Positions 1-14,532 of a DNA stretch of 64,000 bases are shown here, one piece after another (position 1 is the first letter of the stretch; each line of letters opens with the position of its first letter). A program made the translations under genes and the position numbers. Source of the stretch: Eledone cirrhosa (Eukaryota); assembly GCA_964016885.1 (NCBI GenBank), contig OZ024756.1, positions 30,318,001-30,382,000 of the forward strand. The letters run 5' to 3'. The notes under the pieces were generated by a model. The model worked only from the letters and a program-made list of their open reading frames with translations. It had not been told where the DNA came from and did not search any database.

Positions 1-490
1 TGCAAAGGGACAGAGCCGAGATGAAAAATGTAAGACATTTTCTTTTTCTAACTCGTGTTTCTACAATGATACACGACAGGTCTTACCAATGCAAAGGGAC
101 AGAGCCAAGATGAAAAATATGAGATATTTTCTTTTTCTAAAACATGTTTCTACTATGATGGCCGACAGGTCATATCATTGGTGAGGCACAGAGCACACAG
201 AGTAATAATACATCCAGCCAAGATGAAAAAGTAAAGACATTTATTTTCTTAATATTGCCGACAGGTCGTATCAAATAGAAAGGTACAGAGCACACATAAT
301 TAATAATATTGAGACACTAACCAAGATGACAAATGTAAGACATTTTCTTCTTCTAACACATGTTTCTTCAATCTGGTCAACAGGTCTTATCAATGTTGAG
401 GCACAGAGCCAAGATGAAAAATTTAAGACATTTATTTTTCTAATACATATTTCTACAAAGATAGACAACAGGTCATATCATCGGTGAGGT
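1..490. repeat. Degenerate ~89-bp tandem repeat, ~5 copies, cut by window start
   Basis: Unit tgcaaagggacagagccRagatgaaaaat...gacaggtctta starts at 1 and 90; degenerate copies (gccaagatgaaaaa...agacattt...acaggtc) continue to ~480. Confidence 0.8.
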
Positions 491-552
491 ACGTAGTCCA
501 GCCGATATATTACTATATATATATATATAGATATATATATAAATATATATAT

Positions 553-926
<374 letters not shown>

Positions 927-1070
927 TATATATAACATATATATATATATACATATACATATGCATATACACACACACCCCACTCTCTCTAAGCGTGAAA
1001 CTAATAATATTTGTAACATTTACTCCTGCGTTTGTCTGTTTTTTGTTTTTTGTTTTCTGATATTCCGAAC

Positions 1071-1197
<127 letters not shown>

Positions 1198-1687
1198 GAA
1201 TCCAGATAATTGACTTTTAAAATGGAATTAAATCCATCTAATGTCTATTTATTTTCACTTATCTTTCGACGATTTCCCTTCCAGTGTTTGTCTTTGAGTC
1301 AATACGTAAATATATAACGAACACAGTTTCACTTCTTTATTCTGAAATCCTTACTTCCCCATCTTCGTTCGTTCTATCTTTCCTTCCTTCTTTCTTCTCA
1401 CTCTTCCACCCTTCTTTCCTTCCTTCTCCACCTTCCTTCTTTCTTCTTTCCTTCCTTATCCTTCTTCCTCCTCTTCCTCTCTTCTTTCCTTCCTTCTCTA
1501 CCTTCCTTCCTCCTTCTTTGTTTCCTTCTTCCCCTTTTCCTTCCTTCCTTCGTCTTTTCTTTCTTCCTTCCAATCTTCTCTCCTTCCTATCTAACATCCT
1601 TCCGTCCCAGACTTTTCATTATTTAAACATTAATTTTCTTTTGTAATTGTTTTCATCTGTTTTTCTTCATAATAACCATCAGCGTCG

Positions 1688-1835
1688 TTTTGAGTTCAAA
1701 TCCCGCCGAGGGATTTTGAGTTCATCGTTACGAGGTCGATAAATAAAGTACCAGTAACGTACTGGATCGATTTAGTCAATTTTCCCTTTTCCACCAAAAT
1801 TGCTGGCCTTGTGCCTAAATCAGAAACCATTAATT
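1688..1835 (+). mobile_element. SINE family 1 (tRNA-derived head, B-box-like gagttcaaatccc), long form
   Basis: tgagttcaaatcccgccgag...gtcgataaataaagtaccagt...tgctggccttgtgcctaaatcagaaac; same motifs recur >15 times in the window. Confidence 0.8.
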
Positions 1836-2300
1836 ATGATTCTACCATATTTCTCATCAATAAAGTATTTTCTTAAATAGTTGTTGTTATTGTTGTTGTT
1901 CTTACTGTTGATATACTTTTTATTTAAGTAGATGAAGTTGTTATTGTTGATTCAGAGATTAAGTAATTCTTGCTGCTGCTGTTGTTATTGTTGTTGTGTT
2001 TCTCTTCTATAAGTCTCTCTCTCTCTCTCTCTTTCTCTATTACTTCTTATACTCTCTATCTCCCTCTCACTCGATAGCTCACGCTCACTATCTCTCTCTC
2101 TCTTTCATCTCTTTCCTTCAGTTCCTCTCTTTCTCTGAGTACGTCTTATCTATTTTGTATTCTCTTTTCATTCCTCTTTATATTTTTCGCTCCCTTCCTC
2201 CTACTCTTTCAATTCTATAGCTACATCTCCCCCTCACCCTATTTTTCTCTGCCACCTCAGTCAGTTCTCTCGTATTCTCTATACCTTCATATCTTTGCAT

Positions 2301-2669
<369 letters not shown>

Positions 2670-2896
2670 ATATATATATATATATGCTGAAACCGGTAAT
2701 AGACAATTATTAAATATATAAATAGATAAATAAATGCCATTGTTAAATAATAAATAAATCAACTAATACCTTAACACTTCACACAAAGTAAAACATTTCG
2801 TTTTAATCATTTTCTAACCCAGAAAAAATAGAGAGAGAAACAAAAAAGGAAAAAAATATATTTTTCTTCCTAATAATCGTCTCTCTCTCTCCCTGT

Positions 2897-3063
<167 letters not shown>

Positions 3064-3076
3064 CACATATATATAT

Positions 3077-3111
<35 letters not shown>

Positions 3112-4026
3112 CATATGTATATATATATATACATACATATACATATATAGAGAGATATACATATACATACATACACATGTATATATATATATATAAATAG
3201 ATACATGTATATATATCCTACCTCTCTTTCATTTTCTGCTGTCCTTCCTTTATTTACATGATAAAAGTAAGACAAATTATTCTTTAAGTATTTCCACGAC
3301 GTTTCATTCTAAACATACTGAAATACTTATCTTGCCTCAATAAACATTTGAAAAAATAGAATACAAAAATTTGGAATAAAACATTTTTCTTTTACACATA
3401 AATATTACTTTTTTAAATTTTTCAAATTAGCTTAATATCATATTAGTTGGATTTTATTTTCATATTATTTTATTACTGTTCTGTCACTAAAAACTGGGTC
3501 TTTGAATTTATTCCTGCCACATATCAGGCAACAATGCCTGTCTAAGTATATTTTAAACGTTATTTATTCATACAGCCAGCTACCAATATTCATGAATGTA
3601 TGTCCACCATGTCCACCATCTTCATTGGCATTTCATTGTCTTCTGTCTAATGTCTGGTTGTTGTTCGAGACGAAAGACATCGTTTCTGGTGTCGGTGGTT
3701 AGTTTGCTATCTCCTAAAGTAATTTGTGAATTCAATATGATATTAAAAAGAGCAAATACACTTAAAGAGAAAGTGTTATCACGTAATGTTTTATGTGTTG
3801 TGAGTCCAAATTGTATAGGGACATATAACACGGCCATATAATTATATCACGCACAACTTAATATACATGAAAATTAACCACCCACATGAGGCATTATAAT
3901 ATACAAATTAGTAAGTAAATTTGAAGAAATAACTATAAGTGATAAAATATATACGCCCTTAGCTTACAAATTTGCTTGTTGGTATTTATATAATATGCAC
4001 ATATATTTATATATATATATATATAT

Positions 4027-4209
4027 ACAAAAAAAAGTGTGGTAAGAAACCAGGTGGACCATAACGCACCAGGGTACTCGATACTTAGGGTAGTAGAGTG
4101 GGTATTAGGAAAAGAGTCAGGATCCCGACGGCTGAGCTCCGGCCTTTTTGACAGCTAGATCTAGCCGTCGAAACGGCCGGAGCTCAGCCATCGCGCTCCT
4201 GATTCTTTT

Positions 4210-4213
<4 letters not shown>
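4027..4213 (-). mobile_element. Family A hammerhead-bearing fold-back element, copy 1
   Basis: gtgtggtaagaaaccaggtggaccataacgcacc tail plus inverted arms around gctagatctagc; flanked by (TA)n on both sides. Confidence 0.8.
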
Positions 4214-4274
<61 letters not shown>

Positions 4275-4276
<2 letters not shown>

Positions 4277-4481
4277 CGAAGGAAATGTGGTAAGGAACCA
4301 GGTGGACCATAACGCACCAAAGTACTCAATACTTAGGGTAGTAGAGTGGGTAATAGGAACGAGTAGGGCCCCGACGGCTGAGCTCAAGCAGTTTCGACGG
4401 CTAATTCTGGACTAAAAATTTTAGTCCAGAATTAGCCGTCGAAACGGCTTGAGCTCAGCCGTCGGGGTCCTACTCGTCGTT

Positions 4482-4484
<3 letters not shown>
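4275..4484 (-). mobile_element. Family A element, copy 2
   Basis: Same tail; near-perfect inverted arms centred on ggactaaaaattttagtcc; (TA)n flanks. Confidence 0.85.
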
Positions 4485-4525
<41 letters not shown>

Positions 4526-4944
4526 TAGATAGATATTGTGATGAGAATCCGACTTGGTTCAAAAATCGATTAAGATACGTATTTACAGGTAAATACCTAT
4601 ATACCTATATATTTCTATACATTTTTAAACATTGTCATTGTCATGGAATGAGAGATAAAAAATTATATGGAGCAGAAAATAAGCAAACACTGCTGAGATA
4701 CAAATACACACATACGTACGTATGTAAAACCCATACTACGTACAATCCAGGCTCAATATTCTCATATACTGACAGACATGCAACCATATACATATATATA
4801 CATACATACATGTATTGATAGATAGACAGAAATGTAAAGGAAATGATTTTAAGAAGAAAATCACAATAAAAAGAATAACAAACAAAAAATTATGAGCCAG
4901 GAGCAGGGAACCAAAATATTTCTGTATCTATCTATCTATATCGT

Positions 4945-5012
4945 TCTTTTGTGTAACTCCCCCTCCCTGTATTTGTCCTCTTCTTTTGTGCCCTCGTGGC
5001 AATAAATAGAAA
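4945..5012 (+). mobile_element. Extreme 3' end of Tx1-like element (family G)
   Basis: tgtatttgtcctcttcttttgtgccctcgtggcaataaatagaaat matches the 3' ends at 39623-39668 and 43648-43695; TATC repeats on both sides. Confidence 0.55.
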
Positions 5013-5064
5013 TTTATCTCTCTATCTGACTCATTATCACTCTCTTTATACCTCTCTCTCTCTA

Positions 5065-5115
<51 letters not shown>

Positions 5116-5116
<1 letters not shown>

Positions 5117-5304
5117 GGAACAAGTATGACCCCGACGGCAGAGCTCAAGCCGTTTCGACGGCTAATTCTGGACTAATTAGCCGTCGGAATGGCTCGAGCT
5201 CTGCCGTCGGGGTCATACTTGTTACTATTACCCACTCTACTACCCTAAGTATTGAGTACTTTGGTGCGTTATGGTCCACCTGGTTCCTTACCACATTTCC
5301 TTCG

Positions 5305-5306
<2 letters not shown>
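5116..5306 (+). mobile_element. Family A element, copy 3
   Basis: Opposite orientation to copies 1-2; inverted arm followed by tail ...ccttaccacatttccttcgtt(TA)n. Confidence 0.85.
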
Positions 5307-5377
<71 letters not shown>

Positions 5378-5444
5378 ATATATATATATATAAATATATG
5401 TATATATACATATACATATACGTATATCTATCTATCATAGATGT

Positions 5445-5491
<47 letters not shown>

Positions 5492-5838
5492 AATATATAT
5501 ATGTAGATAGAAATACATATAAATACACACATATATATATACCTATATTTGTATACATTTACATCAATCTCTTCCTGGGAAACTGAAGCAAAAATAATCC
5601 GGCTGCCAGAGTAAAATCAATAATTTTCAACGTGTTCGATTAATATTATCATGAAGAAATGTTGTATTCTATTCTTGCTTCATTTACTTTCCCTTCCTTC
5701 CTCTCGAACCATTTCAAACCATTCCAGGAACGACCAATAAATATTTCAGCCCGTAACAACTGGAGATTTGCCAACTTCTCAATCACACCACACACTTTCT
5801 CACGCCCTCAAGAAAAGCCAATATACGTATGGGTATAG

Positions 5839-5997
<159 letters not shown>

Positions 5998-6040
5998 ATA
6001 TATATATATTTATTTTATATATGCATATATATGTACACAT

Positions 6041-6170
<130 letters not shown>

Positions 6171-6202
6171 TTATATATATATTTATATATATATATGTAC
6201 AC

Positions 6203-6302
<100 letters not shown>

Positions 6303-6659
6303 CTAGTTAGAAACACTAAAAGCCACTTTCAATTACAGGACTCTCAAGGAGGTTAGACGTCAAGAATACAATTATGATGTATTACATTATGGTTAAGATG
6401 TTTCAGTACAGATGGCCAAATGTTTCGCTCTGTTGTTTGGGAACACTAGCAGAGTTGGGTGTGTTTAAATGCAGGTGTGTTGCGAAAGACTATATCAGAA
6501 TGTCCAGAAAATTGAAATATCTACATATAGGTTTTAGTGTGTGTGTGTGTGTGTGTGACAGCTCACACCTATTCAGGTTTAGCTGGACTCCTCCAAGGTA
6601 TATGTCGTTGGAGGTGTCTTGGGTAATTTAATGATAGAAACACTAGTCCCTATCATCTC

Positions 6660-6785
6660 ATTTCCACAGCTGAGTAAACTGGAGCGACGTGAAATAAAGT
6701 GTCTTGCTCCAGGAAACAACACATCACGCGGTCCGAGAATTGAACTCAGAACCTTTCGATTGCAAGCCCAATGCTCTAACCAGTA
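6660..6785 (-). mobile_element. SINE family 2 fragment
   Basis: cagctgagtaaactggagcgacgtgaaataaagtgtcttgctc...gaattgaactc matches 24043-24120 and 46315-46395. Confidence 0.65.
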
Positions 6786-7452
6786 AGGTTTTAGTAATCT
6801 GGTGTTGTTCCCCAAATGTTTCCTAAGGCGACTATGATAGACAAATGCCTTTTTAATCATACCTAGGAATCTTTAAAAACAAAATTCAGTATACTTTCAT
6901 TAATATTATCCCAGACATTGAAAGAAAGAGTTCGGTCATTGTTAGAGCACATATTATAAATCGTCATGTATTCTCGATCACATTATCATGGTTGACAGGG
7001 ATAACAACAACAATAACAACAATGAGGAGGAGGACGACGACCACCACAGCGAGAACGCCAACGACAACGACAACACAAGCAGCTGTATGTAAAGGATATT
7101 CTCAATTATTAGCATGTCTTACATATACCTCAAGAAGCTACTCACATTGTTTCTGAAACAGAAAGAAATTAAGATGACTTAAGGGCGATATTTGACGTAT
7201 TTTTGTCTGTCAGCCATGTTTGTTGCGTAAGAGACTCTCGTGTTTTCTTGTTATTGTACTTGTCATGTTATAAATAATGTATATTATTGCCAAACCTTTA
7301 TCAGATCTCAACAATATTCATTACTACAACAACAATAACAACAAAAAAAAAACAACACAAACAACAACAACAACAACGGCACCAAATTCGAGACAAAGGA
7401 ACCGTATTTTCGTAATAAAAAATGTCAACTACGCTAACAGCCATAATAATAT

Positions 7453-7970
7453 TAATTGTTTCTACTTTTGGCACAAGGCCAGCAATTATCCAGTGCATTA
7501 CTGGTACTTTATTTTATCGACCCCGTAAGGATGAAAGGCAAAGTTGACCTCGGCGGGATTTGAACTCAGAATGGAAAGGGCCGTTAATAATAATTGTTTC
7601 TACTTTAGGCACAAGGCCAGCAATTACCCAGTATATTACTGGTACTTTATTTTATCGACCCCGTAAGGATGAAAGGCAAAGTTAACCTCGCCGGGATTTG
7701 AACTCAGATAATAAAGGGCCGTAACTCTATGCGGCGAAGCATAGCGTCCGACACCCTACCGATACTGCCAATCTACCGATAAAAATAACAATAGTTCCTG
7801 ATTTAGACACAAGACCAACTATTTTCGTGTGGAAGGGGCAAGTCGATTAAATCGACCCCAGTGCATTACTGGTGCTTTATTTTATCAATCCCGTTGATTT
7901 GAACTCAGAGCTCATAGTTCCCTAATTACATGCCACAAAGCATGTTGTCCAAAGCTCTACCAATTCTGGC
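7453..7970 (-). mobile_element. Three tandem SINE family 1 copies
   Basis: ttgtttctactttWggcacaaggccagcaatt...ttttatcgaccccgtaaggatgaaaggcaaagtt...atttgaactcag repeated at ~7455, ~7593 and ~7800 (third copy degenerate). Confidence 0.8.
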
Positions 7971-8256
7971 AAAAAGAAAGAGAAGCTTATAAATAAAACA
8001 TTCAAGTCCCTCAAGTTATCTCCCATCCTTTCTTACTCGTCGCAGTCATGCAGAGTATTTTATTTCCTACCCATACACACACTCTCTCTCTCTTTCTCTC
8101 ACTCACTCTCTCTCTCACACACTCTCTCTCTTTCTCTCTCTCACTCTCTATCACACACTCTCTCTCTGTGTTTGTTTGTCTGTCTCTCTCTCTCTCTCTC
8201 ACTCTGTCTGACTGGCTGTCTATCTTTCTCTCTCACTCTCACACTCTCTCTCCCCC

Positions 8257-8296
<40 letters not shown>

Positions 8297-8393
8297 CTCT
8301 CTCTACCTCTCTCTCTGTCTCTCTCTGTCTCTCTCACTCTCTCTCTCTCTCTCTGTCTCTCTCTCGTTCTCTCTCTCTCTACCCCATCTCACC

Positions 8394-8438
<45 letters not shown>

Positions 8439-8814
8439 TCTCTCCTCCCCTCACACTCTAACCCCCTCCCCTTCTCCCTCTTACTCTCTTCCTTCTGTTC
8501 TTTCTTGTAATGATCAATGACAGCTCTATGACAACTTAGTCACTTCTAGTATCACCTATTCTATCAGGAAACAGTAAAAATAGTTTTAATGCTCTTCTCC
8601 TGTAAGGACCGGCCATGTCAGAATTTTAATGACTTTAGCTATTTATACAAAATTCAAATTACCGAGAATTTCAAATAAAAGTCAGAGAAAGGGAGCGTGG
8701 TAGAAAGAGGAGAGAGGGGTGAGTGGAGGAAAGTAAGAAAGTTGATAAAATGAGTGGGCGGAGGAAATGAGGTGAGAGGGAGTGAAAGTTGTTTGTGAGA
8801 TTGAATGAGTGTGC

Positions 8815-8867
<53 letters not shown>

Positions 8868-9017
8868 TGTGTGTGTGTTTCTGTGTGTGTGTGTGTGAGT
8901 GAATGTGTGCCTATGTGTAGGCGTGCTAATAAATTAGAAATTGAGGCGAGGAGAGAGCAGAAAATGTAGAGCAAAAGACTTAGAGAAAGAGAGAGAGAGA
9001 GAAGAGAGAGAGAAGAT

Positions 9018-9090
<73 letters not shown>

Positions 9091-9244
9091 AGAGAGAGAG
9101 AGAGAGAGAAGAGAGAGAGAGAAGGAAAAATAAAAAGAGAAATAGAAAGAGAGACAGAGTAAGAGATAAAGAGTGGAAGAGAGAAAAAGAAAGAGAGCGA
9201 GAGAGAAAGAGAAAGACAGAGATAGAAACGAGAGATAGAGAGAT

Positions 9245-9450
9245 AGAGAAAGTATGTGTGAGTGAGAGAGAGAAAGAGAAAGAGAGAGAGAAACGAGAGA
9301 GAGAGAAAGTATGTGTGAGTGAGAGAGAGAAAGAGAAAGACAGAGAGAGAAACGAGAGAGAGAGAAAGTATGTGTGAGTGAGAGAGAGAAAGAGAAAGCG
9401 AGAGAGAAACGAGAGGGAGAGAAAGTATGTGTGAGTGAGAGAGAGAAAGA
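9245..9450. repeat. ~58-bp GA-rich minisatellite x4 within a large (GA)n/(GT)n field
   Basis: gagaaagtatgtgtgagtgagagagagaaagag recurs 4 times. Confidence 0.7.
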
Positions 9451-9609
9451 GGGGTGTATTTGGTAGAGTGAAGGGGTGTATCCAAGTAAAGGAGTTTGTG
9501 AGAGTGAAAGAGTTGTATAAGTGTGTGAGAGTGTAATAGGTGAGTTTGTGTAGGTGTGTATATAATTTAGAGAGAGACAAGGAGAAATAGCAGAGAGAAG
9601 AGTGTGTAT

Positions 9610-9679
<70 letters not shown>

Positions 9680-10336
9680 TGCTTGGAAAACTGAAGTGTG
9701 GAAAGAGGGTGAGTGAAGGTGTGTGTGTGAGTGTGAAGGTGTGAGTAAGTATGAAGGTGTATGTGAGTGTGAAGGTGTGAGTGAGTGTGAACGAGTGTTC
9801 CAGAGTGAAGGAGTGTATTGATAAGCTAGAAAGAGAAAGGGAGAAATAGAGAAAGGAAAAGAGAAAGAGAGAGAGGAGGAGGAAAGAGATATAGAGAAAG
9901 GAAGAGAGGAAGAGAGAAAGAGAAAGTGAGAAAGAGAGAGAGAGAAAGGAAGAGATAAAGAGAGAAAATGAGAGAGAGAAAGAGATATAGAGAATGAGAT
10001 ATGGAGAAAGATAGATAGATAGAGAGATAGAGAGATAGAAATATAGATAGAGAGAGAGGAAGAGGGGAGGAGAGAGAGAGAAGAAGAGGGGAAGAGAGTG
10101 AAAGAGAGAAAGGAAGACGGGAAGAGAGAGAAAGAGAAAGAGAGAGAGAGAGAGAGAGAGTGTGCGTGTGTGTGTGTGAAAGGCAGAGATAAAGATTGGT
10201 AAGTATTAATTCGAAATGGTCAGGAGCCATAGAAGTCAGATATAATATATTAATACAGAGGCTTAAATGAATAACGTAAACTTAAAACATCAATCACTTA
10301 TACATACATAAACACACACACACACAGGCGCGCATG

Positions 10337-10418
<82 letters not shown>

Positions 10419-11020
10419 CAATAAAGTATGTCCATAGAATCATTTGATAAAATATATACATGATCTCTCTCAATCAGCATAATCAACCACACAAAAAACC
10501 AATTAAACAAGGCTATAAGATTAAAAGGCACCTATGAAGAAATAATAGATAAATAAACGACAGCTATCTATCCACGATCAACAGCTATAGAATATTTACC
10601 CACCATTTCTAATAGCACGTGGAAATCGATTAAATATATCGTCAACCATACACAATTAGGTATAAAATCAAAGTTAGAAGAAAAAATGTATATAAGCATA
10701 CCAAAATTATGTTTCTACCCCATGAGGTTTCATTCGCTTTTTGTAAATATCCGATCAAGGATAAATTCACGAGTTTCGAAATCATCAGGAAACAAACTCA
10801 CTTGAACGAAGATTTTTCTTAAATGATCCCCGCCAGAAACGAATTCAAAATGGCTAAGAACTGTGACATGGCAGTGGTCAAGTCAGAAAGAATGTGTTTG
10901 GTGCCTTACGGCGAGTGGGCTGGTTGCTAGAACGCGCAGCGTAATACTGCCTAAATTGCATCTCAACCATATGGGAGATTATCAAATATAAAGATTTACA
11001 AATACATAAGCTAGACAAAG

Positions 11021-11078
<58 letters not shown>

Positions 11079-11222
11079 TTTTGGCGACCATTCACGATGT
11101 GGCTCAATGACGAATTAATTAATTAAATAATCAACAATCAGAGTAATATACAATAAAGTATGTCCATATATATATATATATACATAAAGAGAAAGAGAGG
11201 TATAAAGATAGCATATGTGCTC

Positions 11223-11421
11223 TATCGGTAGATAGTTAGACGACATGCTTTGCAGCATAGAGTTATGGTCCTTTACGTTCTGAGTTCAAATCGCGCAGGG
11301 GTTAGCTTTGACTTTCATCCTTACGGGGTCGATAAAATAAATTACCAGTAATGCACTGAGGTCGATTTAATCGACTTTCCCCTCCCCCAAATTGGTGGCC
11401 TTGTGCCTATATAAGAAACAC

Positions 11422-11478
<57 letters not shown>

Positions 11479-11529
11479 GTACCAGTAATACACTGGGTAT
11501 TTGCTGGCCTTGTGCCTAACGTAGAAACA

Positions 11530-11610
<81 letters not shown>
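11223..11610 (+). mobile_element. SINE family 1 (long form) with (TTA)n tail and a duplicated 3' end
   Basis: Full head-to-tail match to family 1, then (TTA)n, a second 3' end (gtaccagtaatacactggg...gtagaaac), and (TTA)n again. Confidence 0.8.
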
Positions 11611-12685
11611 ATAAATAATTCTTCAGAAATATTACAGATTGCATATGACTTCAGAGTTCGTTTGGTTTCCTTTGTGTCATGTCGAAGAGCAACGACCGTC
11701 TGCAAACCCCAGCAATCGATTTCTCAATTTCTAAATGAAAGAAAAAAAAGAAAAACAAACAAACAAAACAAATCAAATACAAAAACAACAAAAAACAAAC
11801 AAAGACAAAAAATATAATAAACAAAGCCAAAAAACAAAAAGACCCACCAAAAACAAAATAAAATTATTTATCAAATTTTACTGACGATGAGATCTCTGAT
11901 CTGAAACCCGGTCGTTTCGACAGCAGACGATATCGATTTATTTATTGGCTGATTGATTACGACATTATGACCTGAAATATTGCTGGAACCAGTGGGAAGT
12001 GGGTAAGTGTCATAACTCAACCCAACACAGTGTTAATTATGTCATTTCCGTGATACATCTCTAAGAGAAATAGTGCAACATACTTTCAAAACATTTTCTG
12101 CAAGTATAATAGATAATAACATTGTGGTGATTATTAAAGGGAAGAAAGGGGGAGGAATGTAAAGTAGGGGAAATGAAAATAAAAAAAATAAAAATAAGGG
12201 GTCATGTAACGAAAGAAATTGAAAAGGAGAGGGATAGATACTACACCCCAGTGTGGACGATGCCTCAGTCACGTCCCGTGGACAAGGCGGCTTATTAAAG
12301 GGAACAAAAAGGAAGGGAAAATAGGGGTTATGACAAGAAAAAGAAGGGATTAAGCACCGAATGAAAGTGAAAGGGCGAGGGGTAGACATTAAAACCCTAG
12401 TCTAGGCGACGTCTCAGTCACACTCATGGACAAGACAGTTTATTAAAGGGAACAAAAAGGAAGGGGGAAAATGGGACATGGCAATAAGAAAAAGAAAAAA
12501 AAAGAATCAAGCAATATTTGTTGTTGTTGTTGTTGTTAATGATGATGTTATTGTTGTTGTCGATGATGTCATCGTCATCATCGTGGTTGCTGTCTTTCTT
12601 ATTGTAATTGCTATTGGTTTTATTTATTGTTGTTATAATTATAGTTGTTGTAGTGATTGTTGTTGTTGTTGTGGTTGAGGTTGTT

Positions 12686-12757
<72 letters not shown>

Positions 12758-13313
12758 ACTGTTGTTGTTTAGCCATGCTGCCTTCACCCTCTTTCTTATT
12801 GAAATTGCTATTGGCTTTATTTATTGTTGTTATAATGATAGTTGCTGTAATGATTATTGTTGTTGTGGTTGTGGTTGTTATTGTTGTTGCTGTTGTTTAG
12901 CCATGCTGCCTCCATTCAACTGGATTACTCTGGTGTGGTGTGGACAAGTAGCCAATGGTCAAAGATAATATTCACCTCACCATTTCAATCTCAATAATTA
13001 ACTAGAGTTTCTTTTGCCAAAATATGGTCAACTCTACGTACAATATGGTATATATATTGATTTTTCTTAAGTTGGCACATAACTAAAACATGTTTAGGGG
13101 TTGGTACGTAGTCAAATTCAATCAAGTTCGTTTCGCATCATTTATCGATCCTAAGAGGGGAAAAAAGTGACCCTTACTCCTGAACGAAATTATAGCCTAT
13201 AGTGTGTGTGGAGGGTGTGAGATACAGAGTCGAATCAAAATAATACCAGGAGCTCGGTCAGGTATACTACATGTCTTTTTCTGTTTTTCATGTAAATAAA
13301 ACGGAATATATTA

Positions 13314-13786
13314 TCTATATATAAATTTGAGCAATTTCCGTCCGTCCATCCGTCAAACACTAGAGATGACTGGGGAAGGAAGGCTGATGACGTCACGCAC
13401 TAGAGATGACTGAGGAATGAAGGGTGATGACGTCATGCACTAGAGATGACTGAGGAAGGAATGGGTGATGACGTCACACGCTAGAGATGACTGAGGAAGG
13501 AAGGGGTGATAGCGTTACGCACTAGAGATGTTTGAGGAAGGAAGGGTGATGACGTCACGCACTAGAGATGACTGAGGAAGGAAGAGGTGATGTCGTCACA
13601 CGATAGAGATGACTGAGGAAGGAATAGGTGGTGTCGTCACGCACTAGAGATGATGGAGGAAAGAAGGGGTGATGACAAACTACAGAAAACAGAGTCTAAC
13701 ATTCACTACACTTTGTGTACAATCTACATATACACACACGCACACACATATACACATACTCGCCAGCGTGTTGGAAAAAAATTTAG
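13314..13786 (+). mobile_element. Probable non-autonomous Helitron carrying a 40-bp minisatellite
   Basis: Begins A|TCTATATATAAA...tccgtccgtcc, ends with hairpin ccagcgtgttgg followed by TTTAG|T, consistent with Helitron TC...CTRR termini at an AT site; the 3' end is imperfect. Confidence 0.45.
13358..13675. repeat. ~40-bp minisatellite x8
   Basis: Unit cactagagatgactgaggaaggaagggtgatgacgtcacg; 4 units retain a perfect TGACGTCA. Confidence 0.9.
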
Positions 13787-14532
13787 TATGTATATAATTT
13801 AATATTCAGTCTAATGTCATCTCATCATGGGCAAGTGTCTTCTAATCATGCTTTGTTAATAAAATTTGGCAGACAGAAAAGACATTTTGGCGTATATACG
13901 CCTTAGACGAGAGAGTTTCCTGACCTTCCTCTTGAAAATTATTGCACATAACCCAATGGTTCTATTCGTGGGACATAAACTGATGATAAAGTCGTAGGAT
14001 ACCGTAATGTTATATGTCGTATCTTACATATTTAAAACTGGTGAATCACTCATCTCTCCAAGTGTACGCGGCCGATTTCTTCCAGGGAAGGATAGCGATT
14101 GAGAGGAAATGAGCAAGATAGATAGAGAAAGAATGAACTTCAGTGCTGTACTGGTATTTTATTTATCCTCCAACAAAAAAAACCGAAAGGGAAAATGACA
14201 TGGGTGAGATGTGAACTCAGAGCGCAAAGTATGGAAACGAATAACGCGAAGCGTTACATCCAAAGTTCTGTCAAGTCGTCGCCTATCATAGCTGTCTGTT
14301 CAATATACGCAGCAGATCATTCACTGTATATTCATAAGCTACTTCATCCGTTAAATCTTTCTTGTATTCCTTGATGTATATAATCATCAACAATGATCAG
14401 CGCGAAACATGTTGTAGTACGCTAATGGCTTTTGAAAGAGAGTAAAACTGTCGTCTATTGGCAAATAAACTTCTGTGTTCTTCACTTGTCGTTTAGCCTC
14501 AGGTCAACATTAATCGACCACGAAAACAATCA

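Noticed and set aside
10796-10870. Candidate minus-strand exon ending at GTGAGT
   Set aside because: Weak acceptor and no recognisable peptide.
11881-11915. Hammerhead-like CTGACGA..agatc/gatct..GAAACCCGGTC
   Set aside because: Extra bases after the core and no stem I pairing.
13358-13675. CRISPR-like arrays (also 50240-50630 and 62617-63150)
   Set aside because: Units are contiguous without unique spacers; eukaryotic context; no cas genes.
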